A stretch of DNA of 40,867 nucleotides from an uncultured Erysipelotrichaceae bacterium (GCA_934692455.1 CAKUTY010000001.1:1-40867), one strand, 5' to 3'; positions 1 to 9,719 are shown, counted from the first letter of the stretch. Translations and numbers: made by a program. The notes: generated from the sequence alone by a model not told the origin.

Positions 1-678
1 ATGGCTGAAAAGATGTTATTAGCTATTGGTGATAAAGATATCTGTATGTCTAATTTTACTTGGGTATATGAAGATGGAAGCAGAAAAGAAGCTAAGGATG
101 TAGGCTATAAAGATAAGCATGAAATCATTGAAAAGATGTTTTCTACCTTGTGGAATAAGATTTATAGAACTAAATGGTTTTTAGATACAGGCATTAAGTT
201 CCCTACTGGTTTTAGATATGAAGATACTTCAGTATTAATTAGACTTGCATATTATATGGATAAGGTGGCTTATGTGGATGAATCTTTTGTAGATTATTAT
301 CAAATAAAGGGTTCTATTACTCATACTTTTAATATCAATATCAATGATATGATTGAAGTTTTTAAAGGCTTAAAAGAATTCTATGTTGAGAAAAACGCTT
401 ATGAAGAATATAAGCCAGAACTAGAATATTTAACTATCAGATTTTTCTTAGGTAGTTCATATTTAAGAGCTTGTCGTATTCTAAATAAACAAGTTAAGAA
501 AGAAACTTTGGATAAGGGTTGGGATTATTTAACTAGTACTTACCCTACTTTTAAAGATAATAAATATTTAAAAAATGGTGGTAAAAAGAATAAGTATTTT
601 AGTTTGGTAACTAAGACTACTTATTATATGAATGCAAATATTTTTGGATTGTTGTATAAGATGGGCTTGATGAAATGA
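1..678 (+). CDS. Glycosyltransferase family 2, C-terminal portion (5' end cut by window edge)
   Basis: The ORF is open to position 1. It aligns by eye with the C-terminal halves of the complete GT2 paralogs at 18315-19286 and 20268-21212 (WNKIYR / WNKMYR; F/WYED; YYQIKGSITH vs YYVQREGSITH). The N-terminal DxD half is missing, so the ATG at 1 is probably internal. ATGA stop/start overlap with the next gene at 675-678. Confidence 0.65.
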   Translation: MAEKMLLAIGDKDICMSNFTWVYEDGSRKEAKDVGYKDKHEIIEKMFSTLWNKIYRTKWFLDTGIKFPTGFRYEDTSVLIRLAYYMDKVAYVDESFVDYYQIKGSITHTFNININDMIEVFKGLKEFYVEKNAYEEYKPELEYLTIRFFLGSSYLRACRILNKQVKKETLDKGWDYLTSTYPTFKDNKYLKNGGKKNKYFSLVTKTTYYMNANIFGLLYKMGLMK

Positions 679-2330
679 AAAAAGAAACAATTATAGACAT
701 TTTAATATGTGTATTAATGACATGCATATGCCTGTTTAGTTTTTTTGATTCTAAGATTATTGTTAATATTTCTCAAGATATAACCTTCCATCTAAATAGA
801 TTTGTAGGTTTAGCTAATGCGTTTGAAGAAGGACAAATATTACCAAAGATTTACCCATACGCAAATAATGGTTTTGGTTATGCAACTCCCCTGTTTTATT
901 GCGATTTGTTTCTATATCCATTCGCTATCTTATATCATTTTGGTTTAAGTGTTGTGTGGTGTTATAAACTATGCGTACTTTTTTATACAACTCTTGGTAA
1001 TATTTTTATCTATTTAATATTTAAAAAAGAAACTAATAATAGAAAGTTATCTTTATTAGCTTCTTTCTTGTATTTAACATGTAGCTATCACTTATTAAAT
1101 ATATTCATAAGAGGTGCTTTAGGTGAAATTTTAGCAATGACTTTTGTGCCTCTTGTCTTATATGCATTATATAGGATTTTAGTTAAACATGAAGATTGTT
1201 TTATATTCCTAGGTATTTCATTTTCATTATTGGTACAAAGCCATTTGATAAGTTCGTTATTATACGGAATCTTCTTCTTTTGTATGATTGTTGTTTTCTT
1301 GATTATGAATAGAAAAGATTTTTCATTAATTAAGAAAACCATAATTACGATTATTAAAGGTACAATAATAGCCTTATTATTATGTGTGTGGTACTTATTA
1401 CCAATGTTTGAACAGATGCATAGTCAAACATTCTGGCTAAGTGTTAATAGCCAATACAATAATATTAATACAACAATTCAACCTGTAAGTGATCTTATTA
1501 GAAGTTCGTCTTATAAGTTTATTCCTGGTGTTGGCATTGTGCTTGTGCTATTTAATATCTTGTATTTAATGGTTAAGAAAAACAGATATATAACTATAAT
1601 TATTATTTATATATTGTTCATGTATTTGATTATTTTTGGTTTAATACCAGGAACAATATTAAATGTAGTTCAATTCTACTTTAGATTTTATATAGTTATT
1701 TTTCCTTTATCTATAATCGTTATGTTGTATGTTTTGAGCAAATTAAAATATCAAAATGTATTGATTGTCTTTTCTATATTAATACTGTTTACCAATGCTG
1801 TGGTTACAAACATAAAAATGATGAATGATGGAGAATATTATCTAAATAACAACGCAACAATTAACGAAGTAAATTCAATTACTAGCTATAAATATAATTT
1901 AGACTATAATCATGATGAACTAGGTGGTGCTGAGTATCTACCTTATACCGAGTACATGGACTACAATAACGATTTATTAGCTATTAAATACATAGATAAA
2001 AACAAGCAAATGATTGATTATATCTATGAATATGATAGACATTTCTCAAGTATTGAATTTATTTGCGATAATGAAGATGAATTAGAATTGTTGTTACCTC
2101 TTTCTTACTACAAGGGATATAAGGCTTACGAAATGATTGATGGAGTATATAAAAATATAGATATTTCAATAAATGAAAAGTATAAGTTGATTGTCGTTAG
2201 TTCAACTTCTGGTCGGCATAAATACAAAGTAATTTATGAAAACACAACAATACAACAAGTAAGTTTAATTGCTTCTTTTATAGCCTTGGGAACTATAATC
2301 TTATATCAAAATAAAATAAGAAATTTATAG
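675..2330 (+). CDS. Polytopic membrane protein, YfhO-like GT-C-fold glycosyltransferase candidate (paralog A)
   Basis: 551-aa ORF with many hydrophobic segments. N-terminal loop motifs DITFHLNRF...YPYANNGFGYATPLFYCDLFLYP and RGALGE. C-terminal beta-rich segment YYKGYKAYEMIDG... followed by a terminal TM helix. Clear paralog of the ORF at 23463-25223. The pattern recalls YfhO/COG5617-type GT-C enzymes (memory, not searched). Confidence 0.55.
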   Translation: MKKETIIDILICVLMTCICLFSFFDSKIIVNISQDITFHLNRFVGLANAFEEGQILPKIYPYANNGFGYATPLFYCDLFLYPFAILYHFGLSVVWCYKLCVLFYTTLGNIFIYLIFKKETNNRKLSLLASFLYLTCSYHLLNIFIRGALGEILAMTFVPLVLYALYRILVKHEDCFIFLGISFSLLVQSHLISSLLYGIFFFCMIVVFLIMNRKDFSLIKKTIITIIKGTIIALLLCVWYLLPMFEQMHSQTFWLSVNSQYNNINTTIQPVSDLIRSSSYKFIPGVGIVLVLFNILYLMVKKNRYITIIIIYILFMYLIIFGLIPGTILNVVQFYFRFYIVIFPLSIIVMLYVLSKLKYQNVLIVFSILILFTNAVVTNIKMMNDGEYYLNNNATINEVNSITSYKYNLDYNHDELGGAEYLPYTEYMDYNNDLLAIKYIDKNKQMIDYIYEYDRHFSSIEFICDNEDELELLLPLSYYKGYKAYEMIDGVYKNIDISINEKYKLIVVSSTSGRHKYKVIYENTTIQQVSLIASFIALGTIILYQNKIRNL

Positions 2331-4294
2331 TACAACTTAGGGTTACAAATTTCTAATGATTGGTAATCTAGGGCAAAAAGCCTTAAAACACTAAATAGTA
2401 ATGAGCATAGTGCGAAAAAGAATAATAGTTTTAAGACATTTTGATTGTCATGACTATTTATATAGGCTAATACTACGATAATACTTGAAATTATAAAGTA
2501 AATCGAAATGTCAGAGAAGTATCTTTCGACTAGCCCTGCCATTTGAGTGTCTAATAAGACGACTAAAAAGCCAAATACCAAAGATAATATAGCTGTGTAA
2601 TACAGCTTTTTGTTTGTTAAGCGTTTTTTAATCTTGATTACAAATAAAGATAATATAGTAATTGGATTAATAAAGAATAAACCACCAAATGAGAATTCGT
2701 GAATTAACATTCCTACATATTTGGTCACAAAAGTAACTTGAGTGATATACGGGAATAAGGCGGTCAAAGATGCCGGTTGCAGTAAGTAGAAGAATAAACC
2801 ATCTCCAACTCTTGATATTTTCATTCCTCTTTTAGTCATGTCGTTGAATGTTAAATTATAATTTGCGCCTAAATCAAACGGTGATTCAAACCTAGTATAG
2901 TTATAATACATCATTAGACTTCCAACAATGATAAAGGGAATGATTGCACATATGAACGGTTTTATATTATGTTTGATATCTTTAATTTGATCAAAGAAAA
3001 TGATTAATGCAAAAAAAACAAATAGACCAAATTGAGGTCTTGAGCCTATTGCAACTCCTATACCAAGCGAACCTAAGAAAGCTAATATGCAATTAATTGA
3101 TTTATCTTTTTTAATTGAATAAATCCACAAACATAAGCCTAGTAAAGAGTAAGCTAAAGCACATAATATTGGAATAGTATATATTAATGGTTCAGCTAAT
3201 AGAGTAAGAGCACCACAAGTATCTATCGCAAATAACGATAGTAATCCAAAGAATAGTATTGGCGTTTTTGTAAAATTATCTTTGATTATCTTATATAACA
3301 TTAAAATTATAGATACAGATAATATTGTGAAATTAATTGTGTTGATAATAGAGTCGTTAAGATAAGTGCCGGTTAATAATTTGAAAGGAAGGTAATACAA
3401 AACCACTGGGGCAGCGCCAAAATAAATATAATATTCTCCATTATAATAGGCGGTGTCAAACGCAAAAGAAACATTTTGATTTAATCTTTGACTATAGTCA
3501 TATGGATTTGATAATTGTTTTAATTTATCATCAACAGATATATCAACGTCAAATCTACCCTCAATTAAACTATCAGTTAGAAGCTTATATTGTTTATTTG
3601 TTTTTACTTCATCAACAAGATAAGTGTTAATACTAGAGATTGAGAATGCGGTTAATAATTGAATTATTATTAAAATGCCAATGGTAATGTACTTAATATT
3701 TTTAGAAGTGTTCTCAAATGTATAAGATAAATAATTATATTTTCCAATAAATAAGGATATTATAAAAAATAATGTTGTAAATATTAATAGCCTAATTTTA
3801 GAAATAAAGAACGGCTTCACTTCATTTAAAGAAATATTGTTGATCGTTAGAGTTTCACCTTTTTCTTTAAATATTTTTATTAATAATGTTCGAGCATTGC
3901 CATAAGCATTGATTGTAGTATATTTGGTGCTTTGTGCGTTTTGATTCCAATATAATGGTGAGCCATCATTTCCCAAGTATAAATCAGCATTACCATCATC
4001 ACTAATATAATATTCGACTCTTGCGATTTGAGTTTCACCTTGGATATCAAAATCAACATAAAGATTATTTACAACATCATTAATATTGTAAATTTCGATA
4101 GTTGAAAAAGTTTCGTTTTCTTTTAAGATGTATGAACCATCATTTTCTACAAAATTTGTTTCATAATATAAGTCGGGCTGTTTATTTAATGGTTTATAAT
4201 ATTTTGATCTAATTGAATCAAAATTAAAGAAGCATAACTCCAAAAGAATGCTTAAAATAACAGCAATTAATATGTTTTTGTAAATCTTTTTCAT
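2306..4294 (-). CDS. Polytopic membrane protein, ArnT/PMT-like GT-C-fold glycosyltransferase candidate with an N-terminal extracytoplasmic domain
   Basis: 662-aa ORF: N-terminal TM, a ~150-aa non-hydrophobic beta-rich segment, then more than 10 TM segments. Loop motif NPYDYSQR...FDTAYYNGEYYIYFGAAPVVLYYLPF resembles first-loop regions of ArnT/PMT-type enzymes. Divergent from the Und-P GT2 at 4366. No obvious SD before the ATG. Confidence 0.5.
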   Translation of the reverse strand: MKKIYKNILIAVILSILLELCFFNFDSIRSKYYKPLNKQPDLYYETNFVENDGSYILKENETFSTIEIYNINDVVNNLYVDFDIQGETQIARVEYYISDDGNADLYLGNDGSPLYWNQNAQSTKYTTINAYGNARTLLIKIFKEKGETLTINNISLNEVKPFFISKIRLLIFTTLFFIISLFIGKYNYLSYTFENTSKNIKYITIGILIIIQLLTAFSISSINTYLVDEVKTNKQYKLLTDSLIEGRFDVDISVDDKLKQLSNPYDYSQRLNQNVSFAFDTAYYNGEYYIYFGAAPVVLYYLPFKLLTGTYLNDSIINTINFTILSVSIILMLYKIIKDNFTKTPILFFGLLSLFAIDTCGALTLLAEPLIYTIPILCALAYSLLGLCLWIYSIKKDKSINCILAFLGSLGIGVAIGSRPQFGLFVFFALIIFFDQIKDIKHNIKPFICAIIPFIIVGSLMMYYNYTRFESPFDLGANYNLTFNDMTKRGMKISRVGDGLFFYLLQPASLTALFPYITQVTFVTKYVGMLIHEFSFGGLFFINPITILSLFVIKIKKRLTNKKLYYTAILSLVFGFLVVLLDTQMAGLVERYFSDISIYFIISSIIVVLAYINSHDNQNVLKLLFFFALCSLLFSVLRLFALDYQSLEICNPKLYYKFLILF

Positions 4295-4365
4295 AACGAA
4301 ACCATTATAACATTTATAGTAATTAGCTTTTTAGTTATAATATTAACAGTAAACGGAGAGTAGAT
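4295..4365. promoter_or_regulatory. Divergent promoter region between the GT-C gene (-) and the GtrB-like GT2 gene (+)
   Basis: The flanking genes diverge, so both need promoters here. TATAAT at 4336-4341 on the + strand with a weak -35 (TTTATA, 4313-4318). GGAGAG RBS at 4353-4358 before the ATG at 4366. Confidence 0.5.
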
Positions 4366-5304
4366 ATGAAAGATAAGAAAATAGCTGTATTAATACCTTG
4401 TTATAATGAGGAACTAACTGTAGAAAAGACAGTTAGTGATTTTAAACGTGTATTACCTAATGCAGATATCTATGTATACAACAATAATTCAAAGGATAGA
4501 ACTAAGGAACTTGCTCTTAAGGCTGGGGCTATTGTAAAAGATGAATATAGACAAGGCAAGGGCGCAGTAGTTCGTTCAATGTTTAGAGATATTGATGCTG
4601 ATGTGTATGTTATGGTAGATGGTGATGATACATATCCTGCTGATGAAGTTGAGGGATTAATTGCTCCAGTATTAGAAGGCAAGGCTGATATGGTCATTGG
4701 TGATCGCTTATCATCTACTTACTATACAGAAAATAAGAGACCTTTCCATAATTTTGGTAATAGTTTGGTTAAAGGTTTAATTAACTTCTTATTTAAATCT
4801 GATTTGAATGATATTATGACAGGCTATAGATCATTCTCTAAGAAGTTTGTTAAGTGTATGCCGGTTATGTCTGATGGTTTCCAAATTGAAACTGAAATGA
4901 CTATTTTTGCGTTAACTAATAATATGCAAGTAGTTAACGTACCTATTACATATAGAGATAGACCAGAAGGGTCTGAATCTAAATTAAATACCTTCTCTGA
5001 TGGCTTTAAAGTATTATTAACCTTATTTAATTTATTTAAAGATAATAGACCTTTCTTGTTCTTTGGTTCTATATCAATTGTTATCTTTATCATCGGATTA
5101 TTAATCGGTATTCCTGTAATCAATGAATTTATTAAGACTGCTTATATCACTAAAGTACCTAGTGCAGTTTTGGCTGCTGCTTTGATGTTAAATGCTTTCT
5201 TGATGTTCAGTATTGGCATTATCTTGGATGCAATTAAGAATGAGAAGAGATATCTATTTGAATGTCATATGAATGATGTGATGTCTAAATATAAGGAAGA
5301 TTAA
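4366..5304 (+). CDS. GT2 polyprenyl-phosphate glycosyltransferase (GtrB/CsbB/DPM1-like), copy 1
   Basis: N-terminal GT-A motifs (KIAVLIPCYNEE, VYNNNSKDRT, MVDGDDTYPA). Two C-terminal TM helices (FLFFGSISIVIFIIGLLIG..., SAVLAAALMLNAFLMFSIGIILD), the topology typical of Und-P-sugar synthases. Good RBS. Confidence 0.75.
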   Translation: MKDKKIAVLIPCYNEELTVEKTVSDFKRVLPNADIYVYNNNSKDRTKELALKAGAIVKDEYRQGKGAVVRSMFRDIDADVYVMVDGDDTYPADEVEGLIAPVLEGKADMVIGDRLSSTYYTENKRPFHNFGNSLVKGLINFLFKSDLNDIMTGYRSFSKKFVKCMPVMSDGFQIETEMTIFALTNNMQVVNVPITYRDRPEGSESKLNTFSDGFKVLLTLFNLFKDNRPFLFFGSISIVIFIIGLLIGIPVINEFIKTAYITKVPSAVLAAALMLNAFLMFSIGIILDAIKNEKRYLFECHMNDVMSKYKED

Positions 5305-7133
5305 TGTTTTATATTTTATCTTTATTTTGGTTACTTTCAATTAGTGGATTATTAACGCTTGTCTTTAATAGAAAATTTGAAATAGTCTTAACCCTTTCAA
5401 TGATTCTTGGGGCATTAATGTTGTATCCATTTGGCTATATAAATCATATTAGCTATGGATATTATTTGTCATGGCTTTTTGTGTTGTTGTTTTATGTTTT
5501 GCTGATTTATTTATTCATTAAGAAGAAAAATGATAAATTAGTAGAATTCAAGAACAATTATTTTACTTATGGATTACTATACTTTGTGATATTTAGTATC
5601 TATTGTTTCTTCTTATATAAATATACTGGTTTTGGCAATTGTGATGAGTTTACTCATTGGGGTCCTATGTTAAAAGAAACATTAAGACTAGATGGTTTCT
5701 ATACACAGGATGCATCAAGACTTATCATGCATAAGGATTATCCACCTTTCTTCACTTTATTAGAAGTATTATTCCAAGGCTTTAATGGTTTTAAGTTTCA
5801 TGAACCTTTTGCGTATATCGCTTTAGAAACTTTTATGTTTTCGATGTTACTTCCAGTGTTTAGTAACTTAAAGAAAAAGGACTGGTTGAAATCAATAATA
5901 ATTTTTATATCAATTGTCCTAGTTGGCTTAACATTAGATAAAACAGAGACAGCTAGTGATTATGCGTTTGTTTATAATTCAATATATGTAGACTGGTGTT
6001 TGGCTTTATTCTGTACATATGGTATCTATTTAACTTACAAAGAAGAAGGTTGGCGTTTGTTTAGATTTGTATATTTAACTTTAATATGTGTAACTTTCAT
6101 CTTAATGAAACAAATGGGATTAGTATTCTATTTGATTATCTTAATCTATGCATTCTTTAAAGTAACTTTTATTGATAAGCAATTAGATTTAAAGATGATG
6201 CTGAAGGGATTCTTCTTCTTGGTGGTTATTCCTATTTTGTTCTATATATCTTGGAGTTATGTAGTTAAGTTATATCAAATTGATGCTCAATTTAAGATAG
6301 GCGAATTAAGCATTAAAGATTGCATCAACATCATTAAAGGCAATGCACCAGAGGGTTTAGAGTGGAAGTATACAGCTTTTAGAAATTATTGTAGTAATTT
6401 ATTACATAGACCACTTGTGCTACATCCATTTAAAATGAGTTACTTTGTATATACTGGTCTAATGATGTTAATTATATTCATTGTGTTTAGATTTAGAAAA
6501 GACGGCTTTTTCTTAGCTGGCACATATTTAATTGGCGCTATTGGCTATTCGATAGCGATGATGATCTTATATACTTTAGCTTTCACAGTGGATGAGGCCC
6601 CGTATCTTGCATCATTTGATCGTTATATGGCTTCTTATTTATACTTTGGAACTACCTTAACATTAATGTTAGTAATAGATAAATTTAATAATTATATCTA
6701 TCAAAATATGATTATTTTAGGTCTTTTATGTTTATTTGTGGAGCCAAAAACATTGAATCATCTAGAGATAAAAACAGGTGTTGTGGATGAGGATAGGATG
6801 ACTATAGCTTGTATTGAACAGTTTAATTTCGGAGTTGATTTTAACAGGGAAAATCTTAATGGTTTTAGATTAAAATTTGATCGTTTGGGCTTCTTGGATG
6901 GCGGTGAAGAGGCCTATTTAAAGCTTGTTGACGCGTTGAATAGAGATGATGGTTTGTTCATTATCGGCTATGATGATTATATTTATGAATACTGGAAAAG
7001 AATGGGAATTGAAGATTATATCTTTAATGAACAGTATTATAAATTGGATAAAGAAAGTGGCGATTTGAAGGTGTCTTGGGATGCTTATTCCTTCGTCCAC
7101 TACGTTATTCTTTATTATATGTTAGGTGTATAA
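5304..7133 (+). CDS. Polytopic membrane protein, GT-C-like glycosyltransferase candidate
   Basis: 609-aa ORF with more than 10 TM segments. Acidic first-loop motif CDEFTHWGP followed by HKDYPPFF, like the KPPL-type motif of ArnT/PMT enzymes. ~130-aa soluble C-terminal domain. TAATG stop/start overlap with the upstream GT2 at 5302-5306. Confidence 0.45.
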   Translation: MFYILSLFWLLSISGLLTLVFNRKFEIVLTLSMILGALMLYPFGYINHISYGYYLSWLFVLLFYVLLIYLFIKKKNDKLVEFKNNYFTYGLLYFVIFSIYCFFLYKYTGFGNCDEFTHWGPMLKETLRLDGFYTQDASRLIMHKDYPPFFTLLEVLFQGFNGFKFHEPFAYIALETFMFSMLLPVFSNLKKKDWLKSIIIFISIVLVGLTLDKTETASDYAFVYNSIYVDWCLALFCTYGIYLTYKEEGWRLFRFVYLTLICVTFILMKQMGLVFYLIILIYAFFKVTFIDKQLDLKMMLKGFFFLVVIPILFYISWSYVVKLYQIDAQFKIGELSIKDCINIIKGNAPEGLEWKYTAFRNYCSNLLHRPLVLHPFKMSYFVYTGLMMLIIFIVFRFRKDGFFLAGTYLIGAIGYSIAMMILYTLAFTVDEAPYLASFDRYMASYLYFGTTLTLMLVIDKFNNYIYQNMIILGLLCLFVEPKTLNHLEIKTGVVDEDRMTIACIEQFNFGVDFNRENLNGFRLKFDRLGFLDGGEEAYLKLVDALNRDDGLFIIGYDDYIYEYWKRMGIEDYIFNEQYYKLDKESGDLKVSWDAYSFVHYVILYYMLGV

Positions 7134-7157
7134 TACACAAGAAGAAAAGAGGTTACT

Positions 7158-8288
7158 ATGATTAAGTTTAATGTTCCACCTTATATTGAAGGTACTGACA
7201 AATATGTTTTAGAAGTAATGCGATCAGGTGAGATTGCAGGCGATAATAAATTTACAAAGTTAGATGAAGAAATCTTGGCTAAGAAGTTTGGTTCACTCAA
7301 GGTTCATTTAACAACTTCTGGTACAAGTGCTTTGGAAATGGCTTGTATGCTTGTAGATATCGGCCCAGGAGATGAAGTAATTGTTCCATCTTATACTTTC
7401 TCAAGTACAGCTAATGCGATTGTAATCTTTGGTGGTGTTCCAGTGTTTGTAGATATTGATCCTAGAACTATGAATATTAATGCTGATTTAATTGAAGCAG
7501 CTATTACTGATAAGACAAAGGCTATCATGGTTGTTCATTATGCTGGTGTTGGATGTGATATGGAAAAGATTTGTGATATCGCAAAAAGACATAACTTATA
7601 CTTATTAGAAGATGCTGCTCAAGTAGCTAATGCGACTTATCATGGTAAGTATTTAGGAACATTTGGTGATGTTGGCTGTTACTCTTTCCATGAGACAAAG
7701 AATTATTCTATGGGTGAGGGTGGTGCCGTTTCTATTAATAATCCTGATTTATTAGATAGATGTGACATCATTAGAGAAAAAGGTACAAACAGAACTCAAT
7801 TCTTTAATGGCCAAGTAGATAAATATACATGGGTTGATAAGGGTTCCAGTTACTTGCCTAGCGATATCTTAGCTGCTTATTTATATCCACAATTGTTGAT
7901 TATGGATGAAATGAGACAAGATAGAATTGATAGCTTTAATTACTACTATGAATTGTTAACTCCGCTTAAGGAAGCTGGTAAGATTGATTTACCATATGTT
8001 CCTGAAGGTGTAGTCCATAATGGACATATGTTCTATATTAAGACTAAAAATCTTGAAGAAAGATGTGCTTTACAATCTTTCTTAAGAGAAAAGGGTGTTG
8101 GCAGTGCTTTCCACTATGTTCCATTGCATAGTGCACCAGAAGGTTTAAGAGCAGGTAGATTATCTGGTGAAGATAAATATACAACTAAGGAATTTGAAAG
8201 ATTATTAAGACTTCCTATGTATTACAAACTAGGCAAAGAAAACATTGAGTATGTTTGTGATATGATTAAGGATTTCTATAAAGACTAA
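7158..8288 (+). CDS. wecE: DegT/DnrJ/EryC1-family PLP aminotransferase, WecE/RffA-type (dTDP-4-keto-6-deoxyhexose 4-aminotransferase)
   Basis: 376 aa, colinear with my recollection of E. coli WecE along the whole length: FNVPPY start, PSYTFSSTANA, VHYAGVGCDM, FHETKN (PLP lysine), IREKGTNRTQFFNGQVDKYTWVDKGSSYLPSD, HMFYIK, FHYVPLH, RLLRLPMYY. AAGAGG RBS. Confidence 0.85.
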   Translation: MIKFNVPPYIEGTDKYVLEVMRSGEIAGDNKFTKLDEEILAKKFGSLKVHLTTSGTSALEMACMLVDIGPGDEVIVPSYTFSSTANAIVIFGGVPVFVDIDPRTMNINADLIEAAITDKTKAIMVVHYAGVGCDMEKICDIAKRHNLYLLEDAAQVANATYHGKYLGTFGDVGCYSFHETKNYSMGEGGAVSINNPDLLDRCDIIREKGTNRTQFFNGQVDKYTWVDKGSSYLPSDILAAYLYPQLLIMDEMRQDRIDSFNYYYELLTPLKEAGKIDLPYVPEGVVHNGHMFYIKTKNLEERCALQSFLREKGVGSAFHYVPLHSAPEGLRAGRLSGEDKYTTKEFERLLRLPMYYKLGKENIEYVCDMIKDFYKD

Positions 8289-8350
8289 ATTTTTAATAAA
8301 GTTAATAGGCTAAAAGCTTAAATTAAGATATTATTGTATTGGAGATTTAT

Positions 8351-9718
8351 ATGAGCTTTACCTCTATTAACTTTATTTTTTATTTTTTGCCAATAACATT
8401 TATCTTATATTATTTTGTAAATTATTTTAAAAATGATAGATTATCAAATGTTTATTTATTGATAGTTTCAATACTGTTTTATCTATGGAATGATCTTAGA
8501 ATTGGTATCTTCTTTATAATTTCATGCTTTTTAGTGTTTTTAATAGGAAAACTAATAACAAAATCCAAATCTAAATGCTTATTAACTATTTCGATATTAT
8601 TATTAGTTGGAGTCTTGGTTTATTATAAATATCTTGATTTTGCGTTAGGAATTATCAATAGGGTTTTACATAAAGAAATTGATTTAATATATCTAACGAT
8701 ACCACTTGGCTTATCTTTTGCGTGTTTTGAAGCTATATCTTATTTAGTTGATGTGTATAGGGGAGAAAATGGTGGCTCTTTAGTAGATGTTTTATTGTTT
8801 TTGATGTTCTTTCCAAAAATTAGTTCTGGACCTATAGTTACATGGAATAAATTTAATAAACAATTAGTAAACAGACAGTTAAATATCAATAATACTGTAA
8901 ATGGTGTTGAACGCATTATATATGGCGTCGCTAAGAAGGTGATTGTTGCGGATGTACTAGGCAATTTTTGTGGAGAAGTGATTTCGAATTACCAACAAAT
9001 GGATTCTCTAACAGTGGCTATTGGTGCTTTTTGTTTTATGTTGGAAATATATTTAGATTTTTCAGCATACTCTGATATTGCGATAGGCATCTCATTGTTG
9101 TTTGGCTTTAAATTTGATGAGAACTTCAATTATCCATATTGCAGTAAATCAATGGGTGAATTTTGGCGAAGATGGCATATTTCTTTAGGAAACTTCTTTA
9201 AAAACTATCTATATATACCTCTTGGTGGCAATAGAAAACATGTATATTTAAATCTATTTATTGTTTTTTTTGTATCTGGATTATGGCATGGCAATGGCCT
9301 TGCTTATATTGTCTGGGGAATATTTATTGGTTTGATTATTTGTTTAGAGAGATATATTAGAGATAAAGAGTTTTACAAAAATACACCTAATTTTGTTAAG
9401 TGGTTATTATTAATGATAATGATTTATTTCTCGTGGATATTATTTATGATGCCTAGTTTATCTCAAAGTATAGCTCTTATTAAGAGAATGTTTGCAGGTG
9501 TTGGGCTAGGTGATGTTGTACTAAATGTTAGATATTATTTAAACAATCGATTAATCTTTACTATAGTTATAGGTGTAATTGTTTCGTTTGTTGATGTTAG
9601 AAAAATAATTGAAAAGAATGAACTATTGAAATATATTGTTCTTATTCTATTATTTGTAATTTCTTTTGTTTATATTGTGAATTCTTTATATTCGCCATTC
9701 TTATATTTCAGGTTTTAA
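8351..9718 (+). CDS. MBOAT-family membrane O-acyltransferase (AlgI/DltB/PatA-like), copy 1
   Basis: Polytopic. MBOAT signature FWRRWHISLGNFFKNYLYIPLGGNRKH...SGLWHG. The track ORF begins at a TTG (8339). I prefer the ATG at 8351, which is preceded by GGAG at 8341-8344. Confidence 0.9.
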   Translation: MSFTSINFIFYFLPITFILYYFVNYFKNDRLSNVYLLIVSILFYLWNDLRIGIFFIISCFLVFLIGKLITKSKSKCLLTISILLLVGVLVYYKYLDFALGIINRVLHKEIDLIYLTIPLGLSFACFEAISYLVDVYRGENGGSLVDVLLFLMFFPKISSGPIVTWNKFNKQLVNRQLNINNTVNGVERIIYGVAKKVIVADVLGNFCGEVISNYQQMDSLTVAIGAFCFMLEIYLDFSAYSDIAIGISLLFGFKFDENFNYPYCSKSMGEFWRRWHISLGNFFKNYLYIPLGGNRKHVYLNLFIVFFVSGLWHGNGLAYIVWGIFIGLIICLERYIRDKEFYKNTPNFVKWLLLMIMIYFSWILFMMPSLSQSIALIKRMFAGVGLGDVVLNVRYYLNNRLIFTIVIGVIVSFVDVRKIIEKNELLKYIVLILLFVISFVYIVNSLYSPFLYFRF

Positions 9719-9719
9719 T

